NCBI RefSeq assembly: GCF_009914755.1
Contig: NC_060942.1
DNA length: 64,000 bases
Reading direction: 5' to 3' (one strand)
Source of the DNA: the human T2T-CHM13v2.0 reference genome, Homo sapiens
Made by a program: the position numbers and the translations under genes. The notes below the pieces were generated by a model. That model made no database searches and was not told the origin of the DNA. It saw only the letters and a program-made list of their open reading frames with translations. Positions 1-20,549 of the stretch are shown piece by piece (position 1 is the first letter of the stretch; every line of letters starts with the position of its first letter).

Positions 1-97
1 CACCCTTGAAATGTGGGGGAGCTGGGATCCAGTCAGCATATGTCTTAATCCAGAGTCACTGCTGTAAGCACAATTAGACTTAAAATATTGTAATGGA

Positions 98-683
<586 letters not shown>

Positions 684-3376
684 CTATTGCTCAAGTTTCA
701 TTCTAACCATTAGTAAATGTTTATTGGTCTCCTTGACGAGATGCCTTATGATGCAAAATAGGTAAACAAAAACAATGAGGATTGGTCCCCCTTCCCCAAA
801 ACAACCCTCACAATCCTGTTAATTTCTGGTCCTCTGCTGCTGAGGGAACACTTTAGAGTTCCCTCTGGGCTGCTGCATGCATTTCCCATCTAGCCCCCTC
901 TCCTGTGTTACTTTCACTACCAACTCACTCTTTCTTGATTTCCAGATTCTCTGTATTCAAATTCTGGAGTATATCCTACATTCCAATTTCTTGGCACTCC
1001 TCTTTACCCACAATGGTTTTTTTTTTGGGGGGGGGGGGTCTTTATCTTGGATATAACTTTTTCCCTAGGTCTTCAAAGGGGTCATCAATCCTGCATTTAA
1101 CTTTGTAACTGAAGAAAAACCATAATTAAGCCAGTTCTTATAGAACATGTGGGTCCTGGCTATGGGTCAGCTGTCAATTGCTCTGTTGGCTGGGCAGGCA
1201 GGTCAGCTGGAGAAGAAGCCCCAGAGTAGGGCCAGGCAGTGGCAGTCTGTCCTAACCATGCCAAGGGCAGCACCAACGAGCTGCAGCCCTGGCTCGTGAG
1301 GGCTGGCCTCATTATTTGGAAATTGGGAAGGATAAACAAATATTTTCACAGGGTGCGTCCAGAACTGAGTATTCAAGGTCACTGTGGTACAGACAGAATG
1401 CATGGTGTCAGTGTGTCCTAGTGTCTGGCCTTAAGTGGCCTCTCTTGGCAGCATCTGTAAAGAACACAGAGCATGCTGTAACCTCTGCTGTTGATACTGG
1501 GTGCGCTCTTACCACCACTTAGAAATCTCTAGATCCGTTTCCATTTCGTGTTGATTGCTTTGAATGTAGAGCCCAGCTTGCATTTTCTGTGGATTGGACC
1601 TTTGCCCTGCATGTTTTGCTCCTCCACTTGAAACTGACCTATACTGCTCTGACTCATTAGTCCCACCCATGGAAGTGGCAAGTACTCACAGGAAGTCTCA
1701 AATGGCCTTTGGTTTTCTTCCACTGAGGGGGGTAAGAACACACAGACATACCTAAGTCTCTCTTTGAAAAAACTTTACTAGAATGAGTCTGAAAAAAAAA
1801 ATTTTAAGGGAGTGTCAGAAGCAAACTTGCTTCCTTGACATACCTAATTTTTTTTTGGATGATAACATATGCCATCCCAACTCCCCACTTCCTCCCGACC
1901 TAGATAGCATTAATGGAGGTAAAAAGCACTGAGTGACTGTTAGAATTTTTAAAAATCACAACATTATATAAGTATTGGCTTTTTCTTGCTCTTTAATGGA
2001 AATGTCCATCTGCATACAGTATAGGTTATAACACTTTCTAATATACATATACTGTTCCATAGTTTTGAGAATTTCTTTTTTATAAATCAACATCAGGCTA
2101 TTTCATCTGCGGAGTTTTTTTCTGGCTTCAAAATCAGTGCCTTGTCATTAGCAAACTTCACTTACTAGTTTTAGTCAAGTCTGAGCTACACAATGGTTGA
2201 ATTGGTGACTATTATATTTGTTTAACTGCTGTAAAGTAAGTTTGCAACAATAGATGCTTGCACTTAAATAGGCATGCAGAGCATTGGGGCCCTATCAATC
2301 ATGCAGAGATTTCCCTCCTGCTGTCTCCTCTGATGGACAATTCTGCTGATGTGGATATTCAAAAAGAAGGGATCAGGAAGAACAGATGATGGATAAAGAC
2401 AATCTTCTGTCTTGAGAGGAAATCGGAGAAATCCCTTTAAGGAATTTCTTTGTCATGGTGTCAGAAGATTAATTATGCTCGTGTGAGAACAGCTTTCTCA
2501 TTGGGTAAAAAGAGACATTATCCTTCTGACTTGTGACAGAAGATTTTCAAAGAAAGAGAGTTAAAGATTTCAGCTGCTCTAAAATCTTCTTATTCTGTTG
2601 TCTTCTAAGAATTCTTGGAGACCCCTGGATTACATCCATGACATTCAAGGAGTAATGAATGAATCTGGAATTTCTGTTTCAAGAAATTCCTCCTCCTGTT
2701 CCTCATGCAGATCTTCAGAAACCTTAATACCTGAGTTTGTATATCAGCTTTAACAATGACATAATAATGTAGGTGATAACTTATTACAAACCAGGAACAG
2801 TTTCTTGTAGTGATATGGCAGAGGAGATACGGGCAGTACAACCAAAAATTGTACAGAAGATTAATAAACACAGTTTTTAACAAGGCAATGAATTCTATAA
2901 TCTGAAAAGGTATCTTTAAAAAATTCACTTAATTGTATGATTTAATTTAGTTGTAAATAGTGATAATATTTAAGGTATTTACATTCTTCACAGTCACTCT
3001 GAACAAAACAAATTGGTATTCTGAAAAACCTTTGAAAGTTAGAGACTCAATATATTTCATGGAACATAAGAATAGTAAAGTTGTTCCAAGTAACTTTATT
3101 TTCCAGATAACTGAAACTTCAAAACTTAAACAACAACAACAAAAAAGATTTCAATGAAAAATCTTCCTAAAATTCATTAGTTAATACTCTGGCTTTTAAA
3201 TAATGCACATTAACTGACCCAGGGTCATAAATATGAAGATCTGCTGTTGTACTACATTGAAATACATTGTCATCCTCAGGGACTGTTGAAGCATGGTGTA
3301 GGGTTATTTGCCTCTATGCTAAGTGGCCTGAGCAGCCGCATTTTTATTTCTACTGTCACTTTTTATACAAATGGAG

Positions 3377-3474
3377 TCTCTTTCTTTCAGGTAAGTTATG
3401 TTATCTCTTCTCCCTAGAATGTATTTATCATGTTGCTGGTAAATGGCTATTTTGCTTTATACCTGAGGGTAAGC
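3377..3474 (+). other. Candidate recursive splice site plus RS-exon
   Basis: tctctttctttCAG|GTAAGT at 3390/3391; downstream donor AGG|GTAAGC at 3468/3469. Confidence 0.35.
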
Positions 3475-3534
3475 CTGTACCTACAAAACAAACCAGTTCC
3501 GTTTATTTTCTTATTCCACTCTAAAAAAAAAAAA

Positions 3535-3831
3535 ATTTTTTTTTCTTTTGAGATGGAGTCTGGCTCTGTTGCCCAGGCTATAGTGCAGTAGCACAATCTT
3601 GGCTCACTGCCATCTCCACTTCCTGGGTTTAAGCGATTCTCCAGTCTCAGCCTCTCAAGTAGCTGAGATTACAGGTGCCTATCACCATGCCCAGCTAATT
3701 TTTATATTTTTAGTAGAGGTGGGTTTTCACCATGTTGCCCAGGCTGATCTTGAACTCCTGACCTCAAGTGATCTACCTGCCTCACCCTCCCAAAGTGTTG
3801 AGATTACAGGCGTGAGCCACCACACCTGGCC
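3535..3831 (-). mobile_element. Alu, full length
   Basis: Antisense Alu consensus match. Confidence 0.95.
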
Positions 3832-3854
3832 TACCACTGTAAAAATTTATTTTT

Positions 3855-4135
3855 GGCCAGGTGAAGTGGCTCAACACCTGTAATCCCAGCACTTTGGAAG
3901 GCTGAGATGGTAGAATCACTTGAGCCCAGGAGTTCGAGACCAGCCTGGGCAACATAGTGAGACCCTGTCTCTACAAAAAGTTAGATAATTAGCTGGGTGT
4001 GATGACATATACCTGTAGTCCCACCTGCTTAGGTGGCTGAAGTAGGAGGATCACTTAAGCCCAGGAGGTTGAGGCTGACTGCAGTGAGCCATGATTACAC
4101 CACTGCACTTCAGCCTGGGTGACAGAGACCCTATG
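3855..4135 (+). mobile_element. Alu (AluJ-like)
   Basis: gagcccaggagttcgag and gttgaggct..gcagtgagccatgat are J-type features; tail replaced by microsatellite. Confidence 0.9.
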
Positions 4136-4138
4136 TTA

Positions 4139-4173
4139 ATACACACACACGCGCGCGCGCGCGCGCACATACG
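4139..4173. repeat. (AC)n(GC)8 alternating purine-pyrimidine tract
   Basis: atacacacacacgcgcgcgcgcgcgcgcacatacg. Confidence 0.95.
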
Positions 4174-4448
4174 GTCTCTCTTATTTCTGGGTATCTAACT
4201 GGTTCTAGGCTAGGTAGTAGAGGTTTCCCAGAAGTCTGGTGCCTGGAAGGATGTATTACTATACATGCACATATACACACTCGCATGCACTGGGTTCATT
4301 TATTATAACTGGGTTCATTTATTAACTATTAATTGTATAGTGATAGTGATACAATATTTATGTTATGTATAATGTATTATCTTAGTTACTCTGTGATTAT
4401 ATCATCAGGGTAATAGTTTTATATCAGAGCCTTAAGAATAGATTTCTA

Positions 4449-5064
<616 letters not shown>

Positions 5065-5598
5065 CTAGTGACTGTACCACTTTAGATACTTCTTCCCTAC
5101 CTTTCCTAGGGCCCCAACATTGCTATTGTGAAATGGTAGTCAAACCTTGGTTTTAAATAAAAATGAACTATTACATTCCTCAAGACAAAATCATTAAAAT
5201 GTGCGTTAAATATTAGCTAATGTTAGTAAGTTTTGCAGTAACTATAGTAATTGTAGGGTCCGATTCAGATTTTTGTAAGAGTTTGTAGCCATGACGAAGT
5301 GAGTGAGTCTTGTTTTAATTCCACTTGGTATCAGTACCTGGGTAAATAGATTTAGGTTCAAAATTTAGAAATTTTGAGTTTTGAGCAGGATCTAAACTTT
5401 ATTATCAGTTCCATATCCAGTTTGAGTTTTTTGAAGATGATAAAACTAAAGTGATGATTCTCATGAAACATAGAAAGTGTTTAAGAAACAGTTCCAGGAA
5501 AATAAAAGTCCAAAAAAGTTTTCTTCTTCCTTTGTGAAGAGGGAATTGATGATTCTGTTACATTTTGTCTTGCTGGATAAAAAAATCACCCCATTATT

Positions 5599-5874
<276 letters not shown>

Positions 5875-6700
5875 TTAGCAGGATGAATTAACCTTTGAGA
5901 GGCTTTAATTAAAACTGGAGGTAATTCATCTTGATGACTTAGAACATTTGAAGATAAAAGTTTACTAATTAATAAAAAATATAGCCAGTTACAGAAAATG
6001 TTTCTCTCTTTGTCTTTGTGAGCCTACCATTAAAAGAGAACAATCAATTTATCCCCCCACTAGCTGTATGAATTCAGTGGAAAAGAACTTTGGGTTTTCT
6101 CCTTCCTAAACCCTTGCTAAATTGTTCTGGCAGTACATAAAAGTGGGTCATTTGTACCTAACATATTTTACTGATGCTCCATTAATCTTAGTGACAGTGT
6201 TCTCTCTTTCCCCGTAATAAGCAGGACAGCAGGTTATTATGGGAAAAGAGGAGACGGTAAACGTTTTTTAAATGACTGTATAATAGGAAAAGGCCATTTA
6301 ATACTTTGGAGCCTAGCCTTTTTGAGTATGGATACATGATCAAAATACCCATGATTGTTTTGTGTTATTTTTTGTATTATTTATTAATAGCATATCATAC
6401 CTTTAGCATTAAGAATAATGTTAAAACAATTTGTGAAAAAGATCATGTGTGTCTTTGGATGTATATCAAGAAGGTCTTCATTCCAAAAACAAATGGTTTG
6501 TAAGACAAAATTAATCTGAGAAGTTAGATGAATCAAGGACAAAAGATTTTTTTGGAGGGCTATTTTGTTTTACATGTAAAAGCTCTATCACACTGCTTCT
6601 TATACACAATGATTAAAAGGCAAATTAACTTAAGACTTGAGAGTTTCTCAGCTGTTGAGCATTTAAACTAATCTTATGAAGGCCTTGATTATAGCTATAA

Positions 6701-7019
<319 letters not shown>

Positions 7020-8763
7020 GTGTTTTGCATTTCTTAAAATAATTTCATCATTAAAACATTCTTCATTCTTTCAGTGAGAGGATGCTAGATGAGCAAGGCT
7101 GCACTGACGTTCTATCTTGGTCTCCTCTGTTAGTGGCAGGTTTCAAAGGTTAAACTAGCTACAGGTGAAAGGTAATCACTAGTAGTTTGGTACCTTTCCA
7201 GATCCCACTGGAAACTGTAATAGCCAACTCTGTTCATTTGTAAAGAAAAAAAGAAAAGCCATTCCCTGAGTAGTATGGAATGGGAAGCAACCACCCTCTT
7301 CTTCCCTCTTACTTAAATAAACAAGCTAAATGGAAAAATAAACTTTACTTCTTCACATCTGGTAGAAAGCTTTCTCTTCTGTTGAAAGTTCACATGCTCC
7401 CTTTGCTGTGCTTGGCCATGTGAACCAGGTGTCTCCCTTCCTTCCGTGAAGTGACCTGCGTAGCTGCCATAGTGAGAGACCCTGATTGCTTTACCAGTAA
7501 TCCAATAGCATTATTATATAGCAATAAGCAAAATAAATCCCTTAGCATTGGGAATTACATGGGATGACATTCACCCCAGCTGCCCGCATACCTATTAGTA
7601 GTAAAGCAACAGGACCTTATGACAGTAATGCTGCAAGGAAACTTTGAATAAGCACATAAATTCTGCTGGGTCCCCCTTATATGGAGTCAGATTATACTTA
7701 TTCTTTTGCATGTGCTCTACTTAATGGGACTAATTTTCAGTTTATACAGTGATCTATTTCCCTTTCTGGCATACACTAACTTTAGCAAGCCAGAGCACGA
7801 TGCTATAGGCAGCGGCACCATGATTTCTCAGGCACACTGGCATTTACTTACCACCAGCATACTGCTAGTGGTCAGAATTTATCTTTGCAGACTCCCTGTG
7901 CATCTTTCTATACCCTCCCTACCCCGCTCCAGCCTTTTTGCTTCTGGACCACTTTATCAGAACTCTTCTCCTTTCTGGTTTATCCTTCTCTAGTGAAATA
8001 CTTCAGTAATTAGTATTCAATAATGTGATTTTATTGCTTAACTTTTCCATGAAATGAGGGTGTCAAGTATCATTTGCAGCCTCCTTAACCTCAAAATTCC
8101 ACAGACTTGATATCTCTTATTACATAGTTGAACATTCCGCAGTGTTCTTTAGGAACACATACCCTTGATGTGATGCAGGATCCAGTGATGATTATTGAAA
8201 GCTTGGTTAAAAGCCATTTTAGAAGAAAAAGTAGAATATAAAACTTGGAGGAATCCCTTTTTCTTCAGATCCTAAGCATACTGTTGAATCTCAGTGATTT
8301 TGTGAGGTTTTATTTCTGATGAAGCTTTTGGGATTCTTTCGCTGTTTGTTTTTAGTGTTTTGATTTTTTTTTTATGTTTTATAATAAAGAGCCTAGTTGA
8401 TAAACAGTGTTTAATTGTGTTTAGTATTCTTGTTCCAGGATAGTGCTAGCCTGAGAGGAAAAGGTAAAGGTCAAATGCTACAGGCATCCAAGAAGTAGTG
8501 GAGAGTGGACGTGATACTCATCCCAGGACCAGTTGCTGCTGTAATGGCAAAACGGCCTTTCAAAACTCTCTGGTGCTTGTAAGCACCCTTCTTGAGGAAT
8601 TCTGAGCACTTTGTGAACAGAACCATAGAATGGCAAGGGGCTTAAGAGGCACCATAACTGATTTGTTTCCATTTTCTGAAGGAGGAGATAGAAGCACAGA
8701 GCAGTCAACTATCTAGTCCTAAAGTCAGACAGTGAGAGGTCTTTTTAAAAATTCTTTTTTTCA

Positions 8764-9102
<339 letters not shown>

Positions 9103-9163
9103 TTACAAATAAGCATCCCATTTAATAATTATACACAATTTTGATCTCTCTCTTAATCCAAAT

Positions 9164-9384
9164 AAGTGGTTTTTCAAACTCTAATGTCATAGAATCAAGC
9201 TTAGGGCTGCCTATTTTCTTAATCCATCAACCCTTTCTGGGGTGTTCAAAATGCAAACTCCTGAGTCCTTTCCTAGACCCACTGACTCATGAATCTCTGA
9301 GAGGGAATAAGAGCTCTACATGGCAACAGTGTTCCTCAGGTGATGCTGATGCAGTCCTTGAGCTAGACTTTGTGAGAAACACTG
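9164..9384. mobile_element. MER5-family hAT fossil
   Basis: agtggtttttcaaact ... caggtgatgctgatgc ... tgagaaacactg termini. Confidence 0.65.
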
Positions 9385-9963
9385 ATCTAAAATTCTGAAT
9401 GTAAAGAGTGTTTCATTGGCCACACCAGTCACATCAGGGAAAATCAGTAGTAATTCCAAAGAGATTTTCTATTTTGTTATATTCAGATCAAATATAGCCC
9501 ATGCTGTAGCCATTGCTGAAACAAATGGAAATATCTGTTCTATTCTTCCTTGCTACTCCAGTTTATCATTCAGCACTTTCTACCACCACCATCACTGTCA
9601 GACCAGCAAAATGACTTTCAGAGCCTATCTCTGGGCACCAGGCCTCAGGGCTGACCCACTCCACCTCACTTGTCTGTTGATTGTCTTCATCCACAGCTAT
9701 GATCACTTGTTTCTCCATGCTGTTTCTTCCTAGGATTCTCCTGTGTTTCTTCACTTTTTACCCCAAAATAAAAATAAGTTGTTTTTCAACTTAAGCCACC
9801 AGCCTACATATCTCAACTCCTTTAGGAGGTTCCTTATATTTTACTTCTCAACAAAGACTTTCCCAAGGCAGATAACAGAATGAAAGGTTATAAAGGAGAG
9901 TGAGGATCATGTCCGTGGATCAAAAATTATCAGTCTGAGTTAGGTTTTAAACTTATCTTATTA

Positions 9964-10258
<295 letters not shown>

Positions 10259-10559
10259 TTATCTTATTAGAAAAGTTGAAATTTAAAAGGCACATAGTGG
10301 AGTCAGAATGTATTTGATTGTATAGAATCATGTAAGAGTGGACTAGGAATCCCATATTGTTTCTTCTATTCTAAGGCAGTTTTAGGCTGTCAGTCTGACC
10401 TCAGATATTTCTAATCAGGAATTTTCACAAGCTGTGTAAGTAAAATCATGTTTAACCAACATAGCATTAGTTATTTCTCCCTTGAATTTTGATTAACAAT
10501 TTGATTACAGTTTGGACCATTTTACATATTCTTTTCTGTGACTATGGAGAATTTAGTGT

Positions 10560-10760
10560 AGCTTAGCCTGAAAAGCATATGATAGATTTTAAAGGACCTA
10601 GGTTTGAATCTTAGCACTGCTAACTTTCTTGAACAAGTCACTCAACCTTTTAGAGTCTGTTTTCTCATGTAATGAATGAAAGGCTCTATCTCATAATGTC
10701 ATTATAAGAATTAAGTGAAGCAAAGTGTTCAAAGCTTTCAATGCAGTTCTGAGATGTTGT
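10560..10760 (+). mobile_element. MIR fragment
   Basis: gacctaggtttgaatc..aacaagtcactcaacct..tctgttttctcatgtaa resembles MIR core. Confidence 0.6.
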
Positions 10761-11192
10761 TTATAAAATTTTGGTTAATTTAGACATTGGTTATGTCTAA
10801 TGACAATTAGGAAACCTCTCTCAACCTTAGACTAAGATAACATTTTGTTGGGTCTATTGTGTTCATAAGATTTTTTTTGAGCAACCTAAAATAATAACAT
10901 TCTTACAAAGATCTAGAACCTACAACAATACAATTATTTTCACTTTTATTCTGATTACCTTTTACAGTGGACACTTTATTGACAAAACCCAAGTCCACCT
11001 CACCTCTCTGGCAGCTACCTAAGTGGTATGGGTTTATTTGTGTCTCTATTTTTGCTTCATTTGTTTGCTTCTAAGATCCCTCCTGGCTCAGGCCATGCTC
11101 CTCGCCCCCACCCGCAGGATCTGATGCTACAGGAATATAATTGTGGTCCCACTACCACAACCCCTCATTGCAGCACAATAGAAAAACATTGG

Positions 11193-11900
<708 letters not shown>

Positions 11901-12504
11901 CTAACCAAGATGTTAATAATATACATGAAAGAATTCTATAAAGTAGAGAAGTGTGTTCTTCCCATGGTTAGGGATTTATATAAGGAGGAGTGTTAACATT
12001 TGTTGCATACCTAATACATGCAACGTACTTCACATACATTATCTTCTTTACTGTAACACTATGAAGTAGGAGATATATCCATTTTACAGATAACTAGCCT
12101 CAAGCTACATGATTATGAAGTAGTGAAGCATGATCACCACTGCCTGTCTTGGCTTTCAGAGCAGTAATGGTCAGGCCATTTTTGGTCCTGCCTTGGCTAC
12201 CAAGAAGAGAGGAAAGGAGTAGATGAGAAAATGGAAGGAGACCCTGTGTGTTGCAGTCAGCAAATAAGGAGCTATCTGAGAATTTGTACTAGTCACTGAC
12301 TTGATAGGATAGATACCTGCCACTTGTCTTTATGACAAAACTGGAAAGACAGGAGAGGCCACAGCATTGGCAAGGGTTCCTCCAGTTGAAAGTTTGTGGT
12401 GGGGAGCCGTGCCTCTCATCTGCAATCATCTTGAAATATGACTCAGCCACAAGCTTCTTGATTTCTGTACTTCCCTTGTCCTCTGTCAAACAAATGTGAT
12501 TGCA

Positions 12505-12805
<301 letters not shown>

Positions 12806-14787
12806 TAGTGTTTTTCTGCTTGAACACAAATGAAGTCAAAGCTTTCACCTGGCCTGAAAGCTTCAGGTGACAGCAGTGTATTAGGTGTAAGGTCTTTCCT
12901 TCCATGTCAGTGCAGCCTTGCTTATGACCCTATTAGGCTTTGACAAAACGATGGGAATACTTTTCAAAGGGAAAGTGGGAGCTGAACTGCTTTTGTTGGT
13001 GGTGAGGGGCCATTGTTATAATCAAACAAAACTGGGGAGATATGATGAGAAATTAATTTCCTGAAAATAGAAATTATAGGGAAAGATTTTCATTATTAAA
13101 CCTCAATTTTGGCTTTAGGGTTTTAGGATTAGCATTTAAATTATTGGAACCATTTTTGCCTATGTGCTTATAGGGTCTCTAAATGCATTTGTAAAATTTC
13201 AGACTGATTGATGGCCTGAATTGATGTTCAGTCCATCATCATGGACTGAATGTTGAAATGATGTCCACAACAAATTTTAATGTCATTACAGACCTTTAAA
13301 ATGTTAAGAAGATTAAAAGAGAAAAAGGCCACTGTGTCTGGTTGGTGAATTTTGGTCATGAACATGTTATATTCAAGAACCATCCTTAGGTCCTTGTTCT
13401 AGGCTTCACTGCCTCAAACAAAACTTAGATGGGATTTTTTTTTTCTGTAATAATTACACTTAAGCACCTGATGATCTAATGAAGACAATTTCTTAATGTG
13501 CCAAAATGAGTTCTTTGTATCTTATTTGAATCTTTTGTTGCTTTAAGCTAATCTGCTTTAGGGTTCTCAAATCCAAGCATTTTACAATGCAGGCTCTAGC
13601 AATGGCATTCATCTGGAATGCTGCCTTTTGTTTACTAGCTTTACCAGACGCTCACTGCTTCCTTTGGTCATCTGGTGTCTTAACTAATGTGATTTGTTCT
13701 CCTAGGCTCTGCAGGTAGCCATGAGCCTCTATAAGTGAGATTTACAATGGGACTCACCACCCTGGCTGCTAATGAAGGTAGCCACAGGGATTTCATTTTG
13801 TTTTTTCATCTGTCCCCCAAAAGAGTAGAGGAAATTGTGCTGTGGGTTTTCTAATTCTCCTTGTTTTCCATATAATTTTTACAATTGATTTACTAACCAC
13901 CATGCAAAAATATAAATATTTTTGTTTAGGAGTCAGAATGTTTCCTCTGCCAGCCCCTCATGCTAATCACTAGAATTGTTTATTATTGAACCTGAAAAGA
14001 ACAAAGTGAAGTCTCTGTTTAAATTTAACCAATTGGCATTTTACCTTCATCTGTTTTTGTCTTTGAGGAAGATTTTTGACCAATTTGGTTATTTAAAAAA
14101 CAAAAACTGTGTGACTGGGCAACTTGGATTCTGGTTCCAGCCTTGCCATTTAGTACCTAAGTCATGGACACCTTTTGGTTTCTTATCTGGAAAAAAAAAA
14201 AAGGGAGTTAGTCAGCAAGGTACATATAAGAGCCAAGATGATGTTTTATATTCTTCTAGCTTTCTTTTCTACTATCATAGTGAACTAAAGTGCCCCGACT
14301 GGATTCATGGGTAAACCTACCATTGAAAAACAACCTTGTATCTGATAAAATGTCTTGCCTAGCTGTCAAAGCAATAAATATAAAATGTTAGTGTCTTCAT
14401 TTTAGAAATGCTATGATCTCTAGATTATAACCCAATTTTATAGAGAGAGGGATTTGTCCATTTCCAGTAGGGAAACACAGAGCCCATGTATTATTGTGCT
14501 TCACAAGACAGTGGTTCTCAGGTATGGTTTAAAGGTCTCCCAAAGGTCATGGAATCTTTGGATTATACAACAAGAGAGGGCATAAGCAATTATTGGGTTC
14601 AGTCCACTCAGTTTTACTAATGAGGATCAAGAGACCCAGAAGTGCTTAGTAGTTTGTCCCTGGTCACAGAATTTATCGAGCTGCCAGTAGAGCCCAAACC
14701 CCAAAGACAAAATGGCCGCATACCAGGGTGGACATGTCCTCGCTACCTCTTAATGAAACACAGGGAGCAGAAGGTTGAGAAGAGAGA

Positions 14788-15131
14788 TTTTTTTTTTTTT
14801 TTTTTTTTTTGAGACAGAGTCTCGCTCTGTCACCCAGGCTGGAGTGCAGTGGCACTGTCTTGGCTCAGTGCAACCTCTGCCTCCAGGATTCAAGTGATTC
14901 CCCCACCTCAGCCTTCCAAGTAGCTGAGACTACAGGCATGTCCCACCTCAGCTTCCCGAGTAGGTGGAACTACAAGTGTGTACCACCATGCCCGGCTAAT
15001 TTTTGTATTTTTAGTAGAGACTGGTTTGACCGTGTTGGCCAGGCTGGTCTTGAACTCCTGACCTCAAGCAGTCCACCTGCCTTAGTCCCCCAAAGTGTTA
15101 GGATTACAGGCATGAGCCACCATGCCCAGCC
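14788..15131 (-). mobile_element. Alu with internal ~40-bp duplication
   Basis: cccacctcagc..tacagg segment present twice (14901-14980). Confidence 0.9.
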
Positions 15132-15176
15132 TGGATTGTTAACTCCAAGTCTGAACACTTAAAAATCACTGCTTGA

Positions 15177-15549
<373 letters not shown>

Positions 15550-15559
15550 TCAATCTGAT

Positions 15560-18120
<2,561 letters not shown>

Positions 18121-18134
18121 AACTGTCTACCACC

Positions 18135-18370
18135 GATCAGCCTGACCAATATGGTGAAACCCCGTCTCTACTAAAAATATAAAAATTAGCTGGGCGTGGT
18201 GGTGGGTGCCTGTAGTCCCAGCTACTAGGGAGGCTGAGACAGGAGAATTGCTTGAACCCAGGAGGCAGTGGTTGCAGTGAGCCTGAGATTGCACCACTGC
18301 ACTCCAGCCTGAGCAACAGAGCAAGACTCCGTCTCAAAAAAAAAAAACAAACAAAAACAAAAAAACCAAC
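18135..18370 (+). mobile_element. Alu, 5'-truncated
   Basis: TSD aactgtctaccacc at about 18121 and 18381. Confidence 0.9.
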
Positions 18371-18381
18371 AACAACTGTAA

Positions 18382-19316
<935 letters not shown>

Positions 19317-19413
19317 TGACAGTGTTTCTCATGGTTTCCTCCTGGACCCTCTCTCATTCCACATACTTCTCCCACCTAGGCAGTCACCAGGTAATCTCAC
19401 CAGTACCCATAGC

Positions 19414-20081
<668 letters not shown>

Positions 20082-20549
20082 TCAGTCCTCACATCCTGAA
20101 GTCAAGTCCTGAATTTCTCAGTGCACAATGAAAGGGCTTCTCTTCTCTGTTCCTTCCACCCCTGATTATGTGCAAGCTCCATCACCTCTTCCTAGACTCC
20201 TGCAGAAACTTTTTATCTGGTCTCTAATCACGCTTTCACACTTCCAAAGTTACCTTTTATGTTTTAAAACATCTAATTATGTTATTTTTTTTTTGAAAAC
20301 TTCCATTGGCTTTTTCCTGCTTCTAGAATTATATTCAAATCCCTAATTTAGTGTATAAGTCTCCTTACAGAGACTGGCCCCAACTTACTTTTTAAATTTT
20401 TTTTCTCTTGCCACTCAATCTCCATCCCCCAAATCATGCACCCAACAATTAACTTTAGTATTTCTAAAATACACTATGCCTTTGATAGTCTGTTCTGTTG
20501 ACCTGTGAGGTCCTCCTAATTTGATGAATTCCTACTTTGTCCTTTAAAG

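Noticed and set aside
13706-13714. Possible 9-nt microexon (TAG|gctctgcag|GTAGCC)
   Set aside because: Weak donor and no independent support
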